Below are positions 16,341-30,521 of a stretch of 64,000 nucleotides of DNA, one piece after another. How positions within the stretch are numbered: position 1 is the first letter of the stretch; the number at the start of each line of letters is the position of its first letter. The notes below the pieces were generated by a model. That model searched no databases, had not been told where the DNA came from, and saw only the letters and a list, made by a program, of their open reading frames with translations. The DNA comes from Eledone cirrhosa (Eukaryota). A program made the position numbers and the translations under genes. Location of the stretch: positions 336,474,001 to 336,538,000 of the forward strand of contig OZ024742.1 of assembly GCA_964016885.1 (NCBI GenBank), written 5' to 3'.

Positions 16341-16455
16341 GCGCGCGCTCACATACATATGTATGTGTTAATGTGCGTGTGTGTGTGCGCACGCGTGTAA
16401 ATTATCAAAGGCATTGTAATGATTATGAAATGATTATATATATATATATATTTGT

Positions 16456-16862
16456 TTAGTTATGTAATAAACAACATAAGGTAATTATTTCATTTACCAG
16501 TGGTTTCTGGAAGGTAGATATTTCCATGGTGTATGCTGGTTAATTTCCTGAAACTGTAGAGTGCTCAACTTATCGGGCTGGAAGGTGCCAATCATATATG
16601 TAATATAGAATATGCTTCGATCATTCATTTAAACAGCTCCCACCGGGATTGATCGAAGCATATTCTATATTACATATATGATTGGCATCTTCCAGCCCGA
16701 TAAGTTGAGCACTCTACAGTTTCAGGAAATTAACCAGCATACACCATCGAAATATCTGCCTTCAAGAAACCACTGGTAAATGAAATAATTATCTTATGTT
16801 GTTCATTACATAACTAATAAGCTCTGTAGCCTACATAGAGCACTCTCTTTTCCTGTACTTCA
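16456..16862 (+). mobile_element. Fold-back element (~170-bp arms) with tail
   Basis: Inverted repeat 16456-16817, tail 16818-16862. Related fragments occur at ~1237-1300 (tail) and ~1770-1820. Confidence 0.85.
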
Positions 16863-17009
16863 TATATATATATATATATATTTTTTTTTTTTTAAATAAC
16901 AGATTAAAGTTTAAGCAAAGAATCGCTGCTTTCACCCTTAACGGGATCTTCTGAAACTAAAAAAGTCAATCTGTGAACGCAGAAGTAAATATTTCAATAA
17001 ACGTTGCAA

Positions 17010-17086
<77 letters not shown>

Positions 17087-17666
17087 ATTATAGAATCGCT
17101 GTGAAATCATGTTAGGTTTAGTTTCAAAGAGACTCAAAACTGGTTCGTTTCACAAAGAACCTTTTCAAGAGGAGACTCATAGTCTATACCGCATTTGTTA
17201 ATTTGTTTTTATTAGTAGCAGACGAAAGAAATATGAATTGTATATATCATGAAGCATTAAAATAGATATTAAAACGTTACAATAGATTTAGGAAATTCTG
17301 CTGATTAGAAAATAATTCATTTAAAGGAATTATGTAAATTACCAAATCATTTTGAAAATTGTTTAGCTGAAAAAAAAAAAAAATTAATAATAAAATAAAT
17401 AAATAAATAAAAATAAAAACAAAATTGAACATGTAAATTTATAATTTAAGCACTACATTTGTCTATTTTATGAAGCTCAACCGTCTTTTTGATTGGTTGA
17501 TTCGTGTTTGTATAATTGGTAATTGAGTCTCAATTTACATTTTAGCACTCAGTATAGATAGTATAGTATAGTTTCCAGACCGTGCTATAATCACGCATGT
17601 GTATGGATGACGGTTTCTTTTGTATATATGTACGCGCGCGCGCGCACATACACACAGACGCGCGCA

Positions 17667-17738
<72 letters not shown>

Positions 17739-17837
17739 AATTTCGTATTTCTAAAGAAACACGGTTTTAGGAAGCCGTAGCTATGCAAACACCGGGGATA
17801 ACGCCCTCTGGTGGTGTCCAGCAGAAGCAAGGGGGAC

Positions 17838-17883
17838 AACCGTCTATGCATTTCAGGCTTGACTGGCCTTCTTCAGGACGGTC
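17838..17883 (-). ncRNA. Minimal type I hammerhead ribozyme (mirror copy)
   Basis: Exact reverse complement of 18063-18108. Confidence 0.9.
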
Positions 17884-18062
17884 CCTCCCACCGCTTGCTA
17901 CTAAAGCTATGCTTGAAGCTAAATCTTATTTCTTTTCTATTATAAGTTGAGCCAACTTATGCAGCTTCATATGCAAATGAGATTAATCACCTCATTTACA
18001 TAGACTAAAAAACTATATATTCTCGACTGTTCTCAGGTCCAGCAGTAGCAAGCGGTGGGAGG

Positions 18063-18108
18063 GACCGTCCTGAAGAAGGCCAGTCAAGCCTGAAATGCAT
18101 AGACGGTT
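18063..18108 (+). ncRNA. Minimal type I hammerhead ribozyme (canonical core)
   Basis: GACCGTC-CTGAAGA-AGGC(cagtcaa)GCCT-GAAA-TGCA-TA-GACGGTT, with a palindromic ATGCAT stem III. Confidence 0.9.
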
Positions 18109-18258
18109 GTACCCTTGCTTCTGCTGGACACCACCAGAGGGCGTTAGCCCCCGGTGTTTGCATAGCTACAGCTTCCTAAAACCGTATTTCTTTAGAAATA
18201 AGAAATTTCTATACATATTGTATAAAGCTATGCTTGAAGCGAAATCTTATTTCCTTTT

Positions 18259-18323
<65 letters not shown>

Positions 18324-19571
18324 CCACGCAGCTGAAGGAAAAATTACCATTCGTAATTCTTCACGCCATGTACCAGTCTGTGAAGACCCATGTCATATAT
18401 AGAACAGTACAATCGATGGGGAAGGCTTAATGTGACTTAGATAAGAAAATGCGAAGTAGTTTCAGGTGTTAAAGTCGTTTATTGATAAGGCTGTGATAGA
18501 TATTTCAATGGCGACAGTGGTCACGCGGTTCCGCCTAACCAGGGCCATGATTTCATCAGACAGCTTTTTACATATTCTCTTTCTCTCTCTCTGTCTCTCT
18601 CTCCTTCTCTCTCTCTCCCTCTCTCTCTCCTTCTCTCTCTCACTATCTCTATCTCTATCTATATATATATATAGAGAGAGAGAGAGAGACATATTGTATT
18701 ATGTGTGTGGTAGAATAATGAATTTATTAGTTATTTCTTTCATTATTTGATATATTTTTTAATTGCTTTTCCCGACATTTTTTACTATGACAACTTCCAG
18801 CTAATAAGATTTCGTTCACACGATTGATCGACATGCTGAAAATATTAGGCAAATCTCCATAAAATCAAACACTAGCGCCTTTTAAAAGGCGAAGTGATTG
18901 TAATACTGTATACGTTGCTTGAATGATATAGAATATGATGTCTGGAAGGACAATAGCTGTTTATAGGCCCACGAGTAATAAATATTGCAGCTTGTTCAAT
19001 CATGTATTTAAAATACATTTTTAACATCTTAATAACAAAAAAGAAAAGCGAAAAGAAAGAAAAAAGAAAGTAGGGATGGGGAAAGGTCCAAACTCTGCAC
19101 CTTTGTTTGGACGACGTATCAAAGCTACGCTCTGCAGACAAATGGTAATTGTGCTGCCGCAGAGAATAGCCGCTGCAGTTTCTGCAGCTGGCTTGTTGCT
19201 CAAGGAAACAATAAGTCTTTAATTTTAACGAATAAGATTATTATCTATTTCGGGACGTTATTGCGAGTTTCATTTCCTTTATTCCTTTACTTACCCTTCT
19301 TTGTATCCTACAGAGAGAGAAACAGGTTTATTTAATCAAATTTGCTAGTGCTTTCAAATGCAAGCATACGCGAAATATACGTAAGTCGGCTACCTATTTA
19401 AAAGAGTTCTCTCCCTTAGATGTCACTGCTAACTGACGGAGAGAGAATTCGGGTAATATATGTATAAATATATATATACATATATATACACACACACATA
19501 TATATATATACACACACACATATATATATATACACACACACATATATATATATACACACACACACAGATAT

Positions 19572-19609
<38 letters not shown>

Positions 19610-19876
19610 ACATACACACACGCGTGCATATATTTATGTATATATATATATATATATATATATGGAGTGTTTATATGTGTGTGTCCGTTGAATGATATGA
19701 GAAGAAAGAAAAAAATGTTTTCTTCTCGATGAACTACTCAAAGATTCTTAATAGATTTAACCTATGAAATCCCCAGGGAAACAATGATTGAATAGGTTCT
19801 GTAAAACTCTGTGTATGTATATATATATATATATACACACACATACATACCCACTCCGAGCAGAGTTTTACAGAAC

Positions 19877-19924
<48 letters not shown>

Positions 19925-19936
19925 TGTATGTATGTA

Positions 19937-19997
<61 letters not shown>

Positions 19998-20069
19998 GTG
20001 TATATATATATATATATGTATGTGTGTATATATATATATGTATGTATGTGTGTGATGTATATATATGCA

Positions 20070-20135
<66 letters not shown>

Positions 20136-20537
20136 TGCATATATGTAAGTATATATATATATGCATACAGATATATATATATAGAGATAGATAGATATAT
20201 CTGTGTGTATGTATGTGCACACAAACAGATATATATATATATATTTGAATATAATGTTGTTCTCTTTCTCTCTATATATATGCCTGTGTGAGAGAAAGAA
20301 GGAAAGAGGAATATAGAGACAGAAAGAGGAGAGAGAAGGGATTTACCAATGTATTTAGCTGGTCTCCTATGTGGTAGAAGATTATCGCTCCAAGGTGGAT
20401 TCTCTTCTCTCAGAATGGAACACAACTGTAAACAAAGACAAATTAAATGTCAAACATTGTCTGAATTTCAAATATAACACACACTACGATCTACTAACAC
20501 ACACACATGCACACAGAGGCACACATATGTGTTATTG

Positions 20538-20606
<69 letters not shown>

Positions 20607-20673
20607 AAGGTTAAACAAGGTTCAATGAATAAATCAAAGAATGAGTTTTACAATGAGTTTTACATGAGTTTCT

Positions 20674-20739
20674 TATTTTATCTGATGAGGACGTACTGTT
20701 GAAGTAACTCAGTACCTCTGAAATATGTATAATAAAATA
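20674..20739 (+). ncRNA. Type I hammerhead ribozyme in a short TA-flanked element (20605-20782)
   Basis: TATTTTAT-CTGATGA-ggacGTACTG...CAGTACctct-GAAA-TATGTA-TA-ATAAAATA. A degenerate sister copy lies at 41450-41515 (-) inside element ~41405-41660. Confidence 0.7.
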
Positions 20740-20779
20740 TACTTGATCACAAGAATATCTATTTTGTTAATATTTTGAA

Positions 20780-20858
<79 letters not shown>

Positions 20859-20861
<3 letters not shown>

Positions 20862-21200
20862 GTATAGTGGTAGCTATGGTGCTTCCGTAGGCGGTATGCC
20901 AAAATTAGCACTCGATGTTTATCAGAATAGAGTGTAGATATTATCAAGAAAACGAAAAATCAGTGATGCATCTGGACTTAGTTTATTTCGTGTTACAAAT
21001 GTTTCGCCGGCATGTAGCTCGAGTCATGGTCCTTGTATGGATCTGTCTGATTCTACTTGTGCAGACACGGGTGTTATGTCCGGAGCAAATTTTATCTGTG
21101 ACTCGAGCTACATGACTCCAGCTACATGCCGGCGAAACATTTGTAACACGAAATAAACTAAGTCCAGATGCATCACTGATTTTTCGTTTTCTTTATAATA
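20859..21200 (-). mobile_element. Fold-back element with tail and degenerate hammerhead
   Basis: Arms ~20939-21028 and ~21111-21200. GAAA-CATTTG-TA-ACACG pairs with an upstream CGTGT, but the core is degenerate. Tail 20859-20938. Confidence 0.75.
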
Positions 21201-21207
21201 TATATAT

Positions 21208-21307
21208 CGGGTGTCCCCAAAAGATGTATACAAACTTCAATAGCATTCTAATAAATATTGTCTGTACAACAACTCAAAGTGTGTATACATTTTTGGGGGA
21301 CATCCTG
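21208..21307. mobile_element. ~100-bp Tc1/mariner-type MITE
   Basis: TIRs (c)gggtgtcccc..aaagatgtatac / gtatacatttttgggggacatcctg with TA flanks. Related copies at 2138-2233 and ~26835-26900. Confidence 0.7.
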
Positions 21308-21364
21308 TATATGTTTGATCACTTCATTGTTTTACGATCGTTTCAGAAGGTTGACCGTATAGCA

Positions 21365-21410
<46 letters not shown>

Positions 21411-21893
21411 TGCTATACTTTAGGTGGGTCGTATTGACGATAGAAACATATGCAACAGTTGAGTTTCACTTCAGTGTATTGGTGGTTAGCTAACTAATCC
21501 ATTCAATGGCTAATTTAGTAACGTGGTGGCTGATTAATTGTTATATTATTGCTCACCACAGAAAAAGACAAGATGGAGTAAATAAAACAAGAGCAGAACA
21601 AAAACGAGACGAAAAGATACCCTCCCTAACGCCAATCACACATTTACGGTGTGGTCTGGGTCCCTTTTATCGTGACACTAAAAGGACCACTTTACAATGT
21701 GGTCGTCTATATACAATATATATATATATATACACAGAGTCTGAGGATAAAATATTTCTTCTTAACTTGTTTTGAATTAAGATTGTATTACTTATCCCAA
21801 ATCTTACGTTAAAAATGTTTCATCTTGATGTTATAGTCTGAATTATTGTCGGCTTATTGCTTACATTAATTTCTCTATTTTCATTTATATATA

Positions 21894-21993
<100 letters not shown>

Positions 21994-22179
21994 AAAATGA
22001 GTTGTTGTTTTGTTTCTTTTTAATGAAAAAAAAAACGAGATGTCCTACACGAGTGAAAGTATAAGGAAAAAAGATGAAATCGAAAATGGAGTCTTTTTAA
22101 GAATATTTATTTGTTTCCTTCACCGGTTTCACAGTTTTTATGCTTTTCAAAAGTAGAATTGAGATGGAATCTTACTCGC

Positions 22180-22276
<97 letters not shown>

Positions 22277-22326
22277 CAGACACACACACATATATATATA
22301 TAATTATGTACATATGTATATAATGC

Positions 22327-22365
<39 letters not shown>

Positions 22366-22415
22366 CACACACACATATATATATATATATAATTATGTAC
22401 ATATGTATATAATGC

Positions 22416-22472
<57 letters not shown>

Positions 22473-22473
22473 A

Positions 22474-23176
22474 ATTATAATAGAATATAAAAGAAAGACG
22501 AACACAGACATATACATATATGTGTTCAAATAGCAAGGGACCAGATTCGCTAAGGTGAAAAGAATACTAACTATAGACAATAGGGTTTGTCAGACTCAAT
22601 TTAAGAAAAAATCAAGAAAATAAATACAAACCGGAATTGTGGTAACTACCAATCACCCAGACAGCTTTTGGTACTGCTGTTTCGCAAAATTAATTGTGAA
22701 TAGGAATGCTAATTCTTGCTCATCACTGGGTGAAGAATTAGTATCCTAGACACTTCTAAGTATATTAAAAAACTGAATAGTGTGCGTATATATAATAACG
22801 CACATGGTATCTGAACTTAGCGTGTCTCACAAACTTACACCACTAAAAATAGCAGCCAGGTTTATTCGACATTTGAATTAGCTCAACAAATTAACGGAGC
22901 TGAATATATCAAAGGTATATATTGAGTTAGAAACTCAAAATAGTCGCTTACAATAAAATAGCTCTAGGAACACCCTCAGGCAAACCCTATTGTCTATAGT
23001 TAGCATTCTTTTCACCTTAGCTAATCTGGTCCATTGCGATTTGAACACATATATGTATATATCTGTGTTCGCTTTTCTTTTATATTCAATTATAATGTAC
23101 GGCTCGGAAAAATCTCTTTCCTAGAGCTATTTTATTGTAAGAGACTAGTTTGAGTTTCTAACTCAATATATACTTT

Positions 23177-23182
<6 letters not shown>
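22474..23182. mobile_element. Non-autonomous PLE-like element with interleaved inverted repeats
   Basis: Arrangement A(22474-22593)...B(22906-22970)-A'(22977-23096)-B'(23121-23182), with an internal hammerhead relic and TA flanks. Confidence 0.75.
22654..22732 (-). ncRNA. Type I hammerhead relic (C3G)
   Basis: Minus strand reads CACCCA-GTGATGA-GCAAgAATTAG...TTAATTTTGC-GAAA-CAGC(agtaccaaaa)GCTG-TC-TGGGTG. Confidence 0.7.
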
Positions 23183-23218
<36 letters not shown>

Positions 23219-23970
23219 TACTTCAGTGTCTCGTAGTAAGAGATTCAGTGTTTTCTTTTGAAATAGATGGAATTGATTTGGCCTCCGTCTGTTTCGACAA
23301 TGAGTGAACAGCTTGTTCTGGAATTAATGGGACTTTGACTGCGCCCTCCACAGGCACGTATTCATTGAACGTAATTCCAAACAAGTGTCAGTATGGCACT
23401 GTGTTTGATAAAGTATGCCTTTTGAACTACAGAAACACTCAATCTAACTAATTTCACTCACAAGATGTGGGTCGAAACCGAAGCTATCGCAAATGACACC
23501 TGTTCAAAATGTCACGCAGTAGGATCGAACCCGAGACCTGATTGTTACAAAGCGAACTTTTTAACCATTCGTCCATATTGCATCCACTGCCATAGGTAGA
23601 AGCCAACTGGGAGAAGATTAATACTACTCGCTCGTAATTCAATGGTGGGAGGGAGATAACTCGTTGAATCCCTTTGAAACTAGTTTATATTGTTTTATTT
23701 ATTGTTCTTTTTTCGTAAATATTTGCCTGTTTACAACGGAACAAAACGTTATCCCTTTTGTTCAATGAGTGTGAGTATTTCATTTGGATGTACATATTTC
23801 CCTCATTAGTATAAAGTGATCCTTTTGGTCTCACTTGCGACAGGGGATATTATCTAAATAGGCCGGAATATGGGGATACTTTAAACTCGAATACCTTTGT
23901 GTCTCCAGACGTTCCATATGTCATTGTTTTATGTTAGGTGGATGTGTGCGTCTGAATATCTATCTATCTC

Positions 23971-25910
23971 ATGCGATACATCATAGAGAGGTTGGGGTGT
24001 AAATCCGGCTTCGGTGGGGCTCTGATCAATTTAGATCAGTCTAAGGCGTTCGATAGGGTCGACCATCGATACTTGGAAGCAGTTCTCGAGGCGGCCGGTT
24101 TCGGACCCGTCTTCAGAGGCTGGATCGCCGCAATGCACACCAACATCTGCTCGATGGTCAAGGTGAACGGCTACTTATCGGAGCCGTTCGCAATCACGTG
24201 TTCCATCCGACAGGGATGCCCTCTCTCCTCCATTCTGTACGTACTGACTCTCGAGGCACTACTGCGGAAGTTGGAGCTGCTGCAGGGCATCCGGTTGGAA
24301 CCAGGACTGCGGAAAGTGGCGTCGGCTTATGCCGACGACGTGACTGTAATGGTGTCAGAAGCCTCCGAAATCGAGGCGATCGGCAAATTACTGCAGGAAT
24401 ATGAAAGGCTCACAGGAGCAAAACTGAACCCGGACAAGTCTGTCGGTTTGCAACTCGGAACGTGGAGAGGCAAACCGATGCTGTCCGACAGCGTCCTCAA
24501 ACGCTGGACGGACGGACCGGTGAAATTGTTCGGGGTCTGGTTCAGTGCGGACCTCCAGGTGGAGAAAAACTGGAACGAGGTCACGGCCAAGGTATTTGCG
24601 CTCACTCAGAAGTGGGCAGAGTGCAAACTATCCTTGAAAGGTCGGGTGGAGGTGGCGAACACTTTCATAGCGTCCGTCATCTACTACCGTCGTGCCTTGT
24701 CCCCGTGAACACCTCACCAAGATAAAACGCATGCTCTTCCAGTTCCTTTGGAAGAAGCAGACTCCACTGGTGAGGATTCCGTCTGCTGTCAGCATCCTTC
24801 CAACGGAGGGCTGGGAATGCCGTGGCTGATGATGCTCAAGCATGAGCTGGGGCTACGGCATCTACAGGTATTCCTCACCGACCCCCAAACGGTGTGGGCA
24901 CCGTTTGTGAGACAGGCCTTCCCGCAACTTGTCTCGCTGACGGAGTTGCAGTCCTGGGTCAAGTGGAGACCGAAGAAGATGGGCGCCCGTCACATTGAAT
25001 GCCCTCAGGCGCTCACAGTCCTCTGTCAAGCGGGCACGGCAATCAGTGGAGACTCCACTTCAACATTCTATAGAGAGTTAGTACGTCACAAGGGCGACGA
25101 CGTGCTCGGAGAGACTTTAGGCGTCGAAGACGACGAACTCACCAGTCTGTTTGGTAGGACTTTCCGCCCGGGACCTATGGACAACTTCCAGAGGTCCCTG
25201 GCCTGGCAGTGCTACCGAGGAGCTCTATCAATTCGTGACAAGATCTACAGGCACGGACGCCCCGGCAGGGATCCTTCCAAGAAAACGTGTCCAAGATGCG
25301 GGCAGGACATTTAAAACCGTCTTGCACGCAGTTGTATACTGCCCGGGCGTAACCAACCTGTGGAACTACGCAGAACAACTGCTGTCACGTAGGGGACAAA
25401 TCCAGTTGACTGCCGAATCCATAGTAAGGATCAAACCGCCAACCTCCTTCAAAAACGAAAGAGAGGCGGTTTTCCTCTGTATAATGGCTATGGTGGACGA
25501 GATTGAGTGGACTGAGGACAGATGCCTTTCTCTCCGGACAACTCATTCCCTTTTTTAGGTACTACTTTAAAAGGAGAATCAGAGTGGAGAGAGAGGCACT
25601 GCACCCCAGTAAATTTACTGAAATGTGGGTAAATGTGGCAAAAATGGCCCGAGTGATTGGGCCTTCTCTGTTATAAACCTGTAGGTTGAATAAGAGAGCA
25701 AAAGGAGAAAGGAGCACTTGCACAACATGCTCCTGAAGTTGAGGGTTGTTCTATCTACGGGGTATTAACCCATTTGTGGCGCCTCCCCCCTATTGGGGAT
25801 TTCGATTGTTATATTGGTTTGTTTCATATTTTTACACGATTGTATATAAAATCCCCGGCATGTCTTTGTTTTGTCCCCATTTTTTGTGCGCCCTTGTAGC
25901 AAATACAGAA
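23971..25910 (+). mobile_element. 5'-truncated Tx1/L1-clade LINE (RT plus C-terminal zinc knuckle region)
   Basis: LDQSKAFDRVDH, SIRQGCPLS, SAYADDVTV, LSLKGRV, GGLGMP, CPRCGQ..TVLHA..YCP; frameshifted; 3' UTR ending near 25910 with (TATC)n at both flanks. Confidence 0.92.
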
Positions 25911-26245
25911 ATATATCTATCTATGTTATAGATAGATCCATGTACATATATACATGTTAACATAGATGCAAAACAAAAGTACTGCCCCCACTCCAATTCC
26001 CGTATGTGTGAAACACTAACAAATAAAGATACCAATATTCCAACTTTTATTTAATGAACGTCAGTTAAGAAATGTTATTCATGTCTCCCGTCTAGTTTGT
26101 GGAGTTGTAACTCATTTAACTTACGAACTGATAAACTATTCTATGAAAAGTGAAAAATGGAATTGTATTTAACAGACAGAAAATAATGCACTTAAAAATC
26201 CATATATGTGTGTGTGTATACATAGATACATTCCACCCATTCACA

Positions 26246-26298
<53 letters not shown>

Positions 26299-27899
26299 AC
26301 TGAGCGCAAAATGTTTCCCTTTGGGTTTTCCACCAGCAAGCCTTTTTGTTCGATTTCTAGACATCGTATGAATAATTACCGTATAGGTTTTTATCAATCA
26401 ATCACTCGTCAATATATATAGAGCACACAAGTATTTTAATGTCTAGTATTGGAGAGTGTTTTAAGTCTCTATTTAGAAGTTTTTGTGATTAGGAAAATAC
26501 CGTTAGAATTTGTTTACCTCATTGAGCCAGAGGTAAAATTGGTTTCGCTTTATATCGTTTCATTTAAGAGGCGTACTTCACCATCACCTAAGGATCTGTA
26601 TTGTATGTGAGAGCGTGTATTTGTATATGTAGCTAGACTCCTTGATAATCAAAGCGGAATGGTATTTGAATAAATCCTACACTGTACCATCTTTTTGTGT
26701 AAGCCTTGATCTCATGAACAAACTACGTTGCAGCCATGGCCGACTAAGAATTTTGGACGCTATAAGCTCTTGTTCATGGATAATCCATATTATCGATCGT
26801 GTATTTTACCGATAGAGTTCAAATACATATATATGGTGTCTCCCCAAAATGTATACGCAATTCTATGAAGTTTGTATACATTTTTTGGCATACCCTCTAT
26901 CTATATGTATATATAGCATTTGTACGCAAACGAGGTAAGTACCAGGCTTGAAAACATAAGTACTGGGGTCGATATAATTGTCTAAATTAAGGTAGTGTTC
27001 CAGCAAGGATGCAGCCAAATGAATGAAACCGATAAAAAAACAAACACAAGTGTGTCGCCTGTGTGTGTTTATTATCACTACCCATTGATTCCCCTTACAC
27101 ATGACCATACCTTGGGTCCATTTTACTATTCCACGCGAGAATCTCTTTTGTCCGACATGCAGCTAGACAGTAATTTGTATTTCATCGATTTGAAAATCAC
27201 ATAATTATAATCTATATATGTACTTATATTAACATATATAGATTCTTATATGGATATTTATTTTAATATCTCTACATATATATTGTGTTTTTACCAGTAT
27301 GTTTGTGCTTTTACTTTATATTATGTTATTTGAATGATGGCAGTATCTTTGAACGTATTTCATTTTTGAAGTTCAGTATTGGTATGTCATATATACCAGG
27401 ATTCCTGGACATACAAAGCTAGAAGTTTGCATTTTGATAAAATTGGTAATTTTATAAAAGAAACCTATAATATATGTTAATTACTGATTTGTGGAAGTGA
27501 TTAAAGATAAAAAGTGGTATTTTAATAATATATTTCTACGATATAATTATATGAATGTTCAGCATATATGTACAAATGACATACAGGATTAAATGTAGGA
27601 GTAATGCTGGAGAAATAACTATTAAAACCCAAGAACTTGTGATTGGAAAGCGAACCCCTTATTGTGGTACCATAACTGATATAGGCATTGTCTAGGTATG
27701 TGTATATTTGTGTGTGTAAATTAAAAAACAAAATACAGACGGGTATATAAATATGTATAACTCGTATTATCATGGTTGATTTGTGTGTGTGCGGGTGCAT
27801 ATATGTAAAAGGTATTTCTATATAAAACATGATATTTACACTCTACTAATGTATTGAGTACCTTACTAACTGTGGTTACCTCCGCTTGAACCCGGGACT

Positions 27900-28002
<103 letters not shown>

Positions 28003-28017
28003 TGTAATTACAACAGA

Positions 28018-28102
28018 GGTCCGATGAGCTTTTGATTCCAGAGTTGGGCCAGATCGATACAGATCGAACGTTGCGCTGATCAATAGCGAAACGCGCGTCA
28101 CC
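28018..28102 (+). ncRNA. Type I hammerhead-like motif, U4C core, long stem II
   Basis: GGT-CCGATGA-GCTtTTGAT...ATCAAtAGC-GAAA-CGCGCG-TC-ACC. It belongs to the same family as the 8953-9212 element. Confidence 0.65.
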
Positions 28103-29147
28103 AATCAATAAACGTAATGAAGGCTTAAGAAATCGTCCTTGTATCATTACACATACACACATAGATATATATATATGTATGTATGTGTGTGTGTGGGGGG
28201 GTGGGTGTGTGTATGTATGTGTATATATACATACACACACATATATATATATATATATAATTTTATATCAATATGAGGCAGTCACTTGTGTTATAAGTTT
28301 CATCCACTAATTTCCATGATACGAATACGTTTAGCAATATAATTAAATATAAAATATATATATATGCCAGAAAAATTTAGATTGGCTATTTTCTATAATC
28401 AGCATTCCTTCGTATACGGAATCATAGGGGTAGTTATTTTCTGCTGAGGTAGCAGAATCGCTGAAATACAGGGATTTTGTTCGCACGCCGGAATAGTTGA
28501 AAAAAAAAAATAATAATAATAAATAAATACAAAATAAAAATCAGTTATATCTAACATTTCAAATTTTCACCTGCGAATGAAAGGCCCCTAGTTGTTGTCA
28601 CAACACCTTTCTAAGGGAGGGAAACTCTGAAAAAAATCCCTGCGGCTTCAGAAGCATCTGATGATGTTGACCAGTTCACCTTTTCGCGTAGTGTTTTCGA
28701 TGCTCAGAGAGTGGGATTTGTCGATTGCAAGGCCTTTCCACACTTAAAAAAACCTTCAAAGCACAGGCATTGCTTGTTCAGGATCTGTTACAGGTTCGTG
28801 TGGCTGGCCGTAGCCTAAAAGTGCACCAAACTCTATAATCTGACAAGCGATTGCAATACTCTTAGCAGAGTTTGCAGCCATCAATATGTATATATGTATG
28901 TATGTAACTTACATAAGGGGGGAATTGGCAGAGTAGTTAAAACGTCAGTTTCGATGCTTTGCGTCTTTCGTTTCGAATCTCTGCACTCTGTGTTCAAATA
29001 TTTCGAGATTGATAAATATAATAACAGCTCCAGACTAGTGTCCCATGTTACTCTATCACTACTACTTAGTTTCTTCCTCTTTAAGAGGGAGGATTTAATA
29101 TTTAGTAGATTTTTCAAGCAGAGCAGGTATAAGCAAATTAATGAGTT

Positions 29148-29471
29148 ACTAGCCGTTATAACAAGTTTTGTTATACAAATCTTACATAATGATTCACCTG
29201 CAATAAAGAATTATGCGGGCTCTTCAGAGAAATGTTTGTTAATATAATGCCAGCAATAAATATACCGTCAGAGCTGGTTGATATTTTTGTCTACTATGCG
29301 TAAATCTAATGTGAATATTTTCAACCAGCTCTGACGGTATATTTATTGCTGACATTATATTATCAATATTTATTGATAAACAAACATTTCTCTGAAGAGG
29401 CCGCATAATTCTTTATTGCAGGTGAAACATTATGTAAGATTTGTATAAAGAAACTTGTTACAACGGCTAGT
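29148..29471. repeat. Fold-back inverted repeat carrying hammerhead motifs
   Basis: Arms ~29148-29281 and ~29321-29471 are reverse complements apart from one ~20-bp indel. Confidence 0.85.
29389..29439 (+). ncRNA. Type I hammerhead ribozyme
   Basis: TCT-CTGAAGA-ggccgcataattctttattgcaggt-GAAA-CATTATG-TA-AGA. The mirror arm has GAAT instead of GAAA. Confidence 0.65.
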
Positions 29472-29480
29472 TCATTCATT

Positions 29481-29525
<45 letters not shown>

Positions 29526-29527
<2 letters not shown>

Positions 29528-29641
29528 CAAAGGAATTGTGGTAAGGAACCAGATGGACCATAGCGCACCAGAGTACTCAATACGTCCAGAAATAGCCGTC
29601 GAAACGGCTTGAGCTCTGCCGTTGGAGTCATACTTTTTCCT
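29526..29641 (-). mobile_element. Ultra-short copy of the same PLE family (partial tail joined to an inverted pLTR end)
   Basis: acaaaggaattgtggtaagg...gagtactcaatac is joined to gtccagaaatagccgtcgaaacggc...tttttcct. Confidence 0.85.
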
Positions 29642-29696
29642 ATATATAGAGAGAGAGAGAGAAAGAGAGGACGTGAGAGAGAGAGAGAGAGAGAGT

Positions 29697-29953
<257 letters not shown>

Positions 29954-30453
29954 CGCGCGCATGTTGTGTGTATGTATATATATATGTGTATGTGTGTGTA
30001 TGTGGTTGTCTGTCTGTGCATCTATATAAGACATCTTTTACTTTGATCTTCGTCAGATGTGGCGAAATCCTTACAGATCTGCTGCCTAATAAAGATTTCA
30101 AAAAATAGGATAATGCTGTAATGGAATAAAATAGTACGTCTTCCAGAAACGTAATTGCATAAGAATGTTATTTCCGTAGATCATTACTGGATGAGGGAAA
30201 AATTCACCAGTAATTGCAATAAATGGATAATCGATAAACTATGACATATACCGCTAATTAATGATCATTAAAACAACCTCTAAATTAAATCTGTCATTCA
30301 GCACACTAATCCTTTCATTATAGAATCCTCATTGGGATTAACATAATTAGCAATGCTCAAAATCTGGCATTCCTACATAAAGTAATTTCCTTGATGTTTG
30401 GTCATACTTAACCTCGAAGGATCACATGGAGCGAGAGAATGTTCGGAGTTATG

Positions 30454-30521
<68 letters not shown>

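Larger units (their letters stand above)
17738..18260 (+). mobile_element. Non-autonomous PLE/retrozyme-like fold-back element
   Basis: About 165-bp inverted arms (17738-17902, 18044-18208), each with a hammerhead. The tail sequence is directly repeated at 17902 and 18223. TA tracts flank it. Confidence 0.8.

Noticed and set aside
16690-16770. CCGATAA...GAAA in the 16456-16817 fold-back
   Set aside because: The stems do not close properly around the putative core.
17971-17978. Octamer motif ATGCAAAT as a promoter element
   Set aside because: A single 8-mer that is equally explained as one arm of an RNA hairpin; no other promoter evidence.
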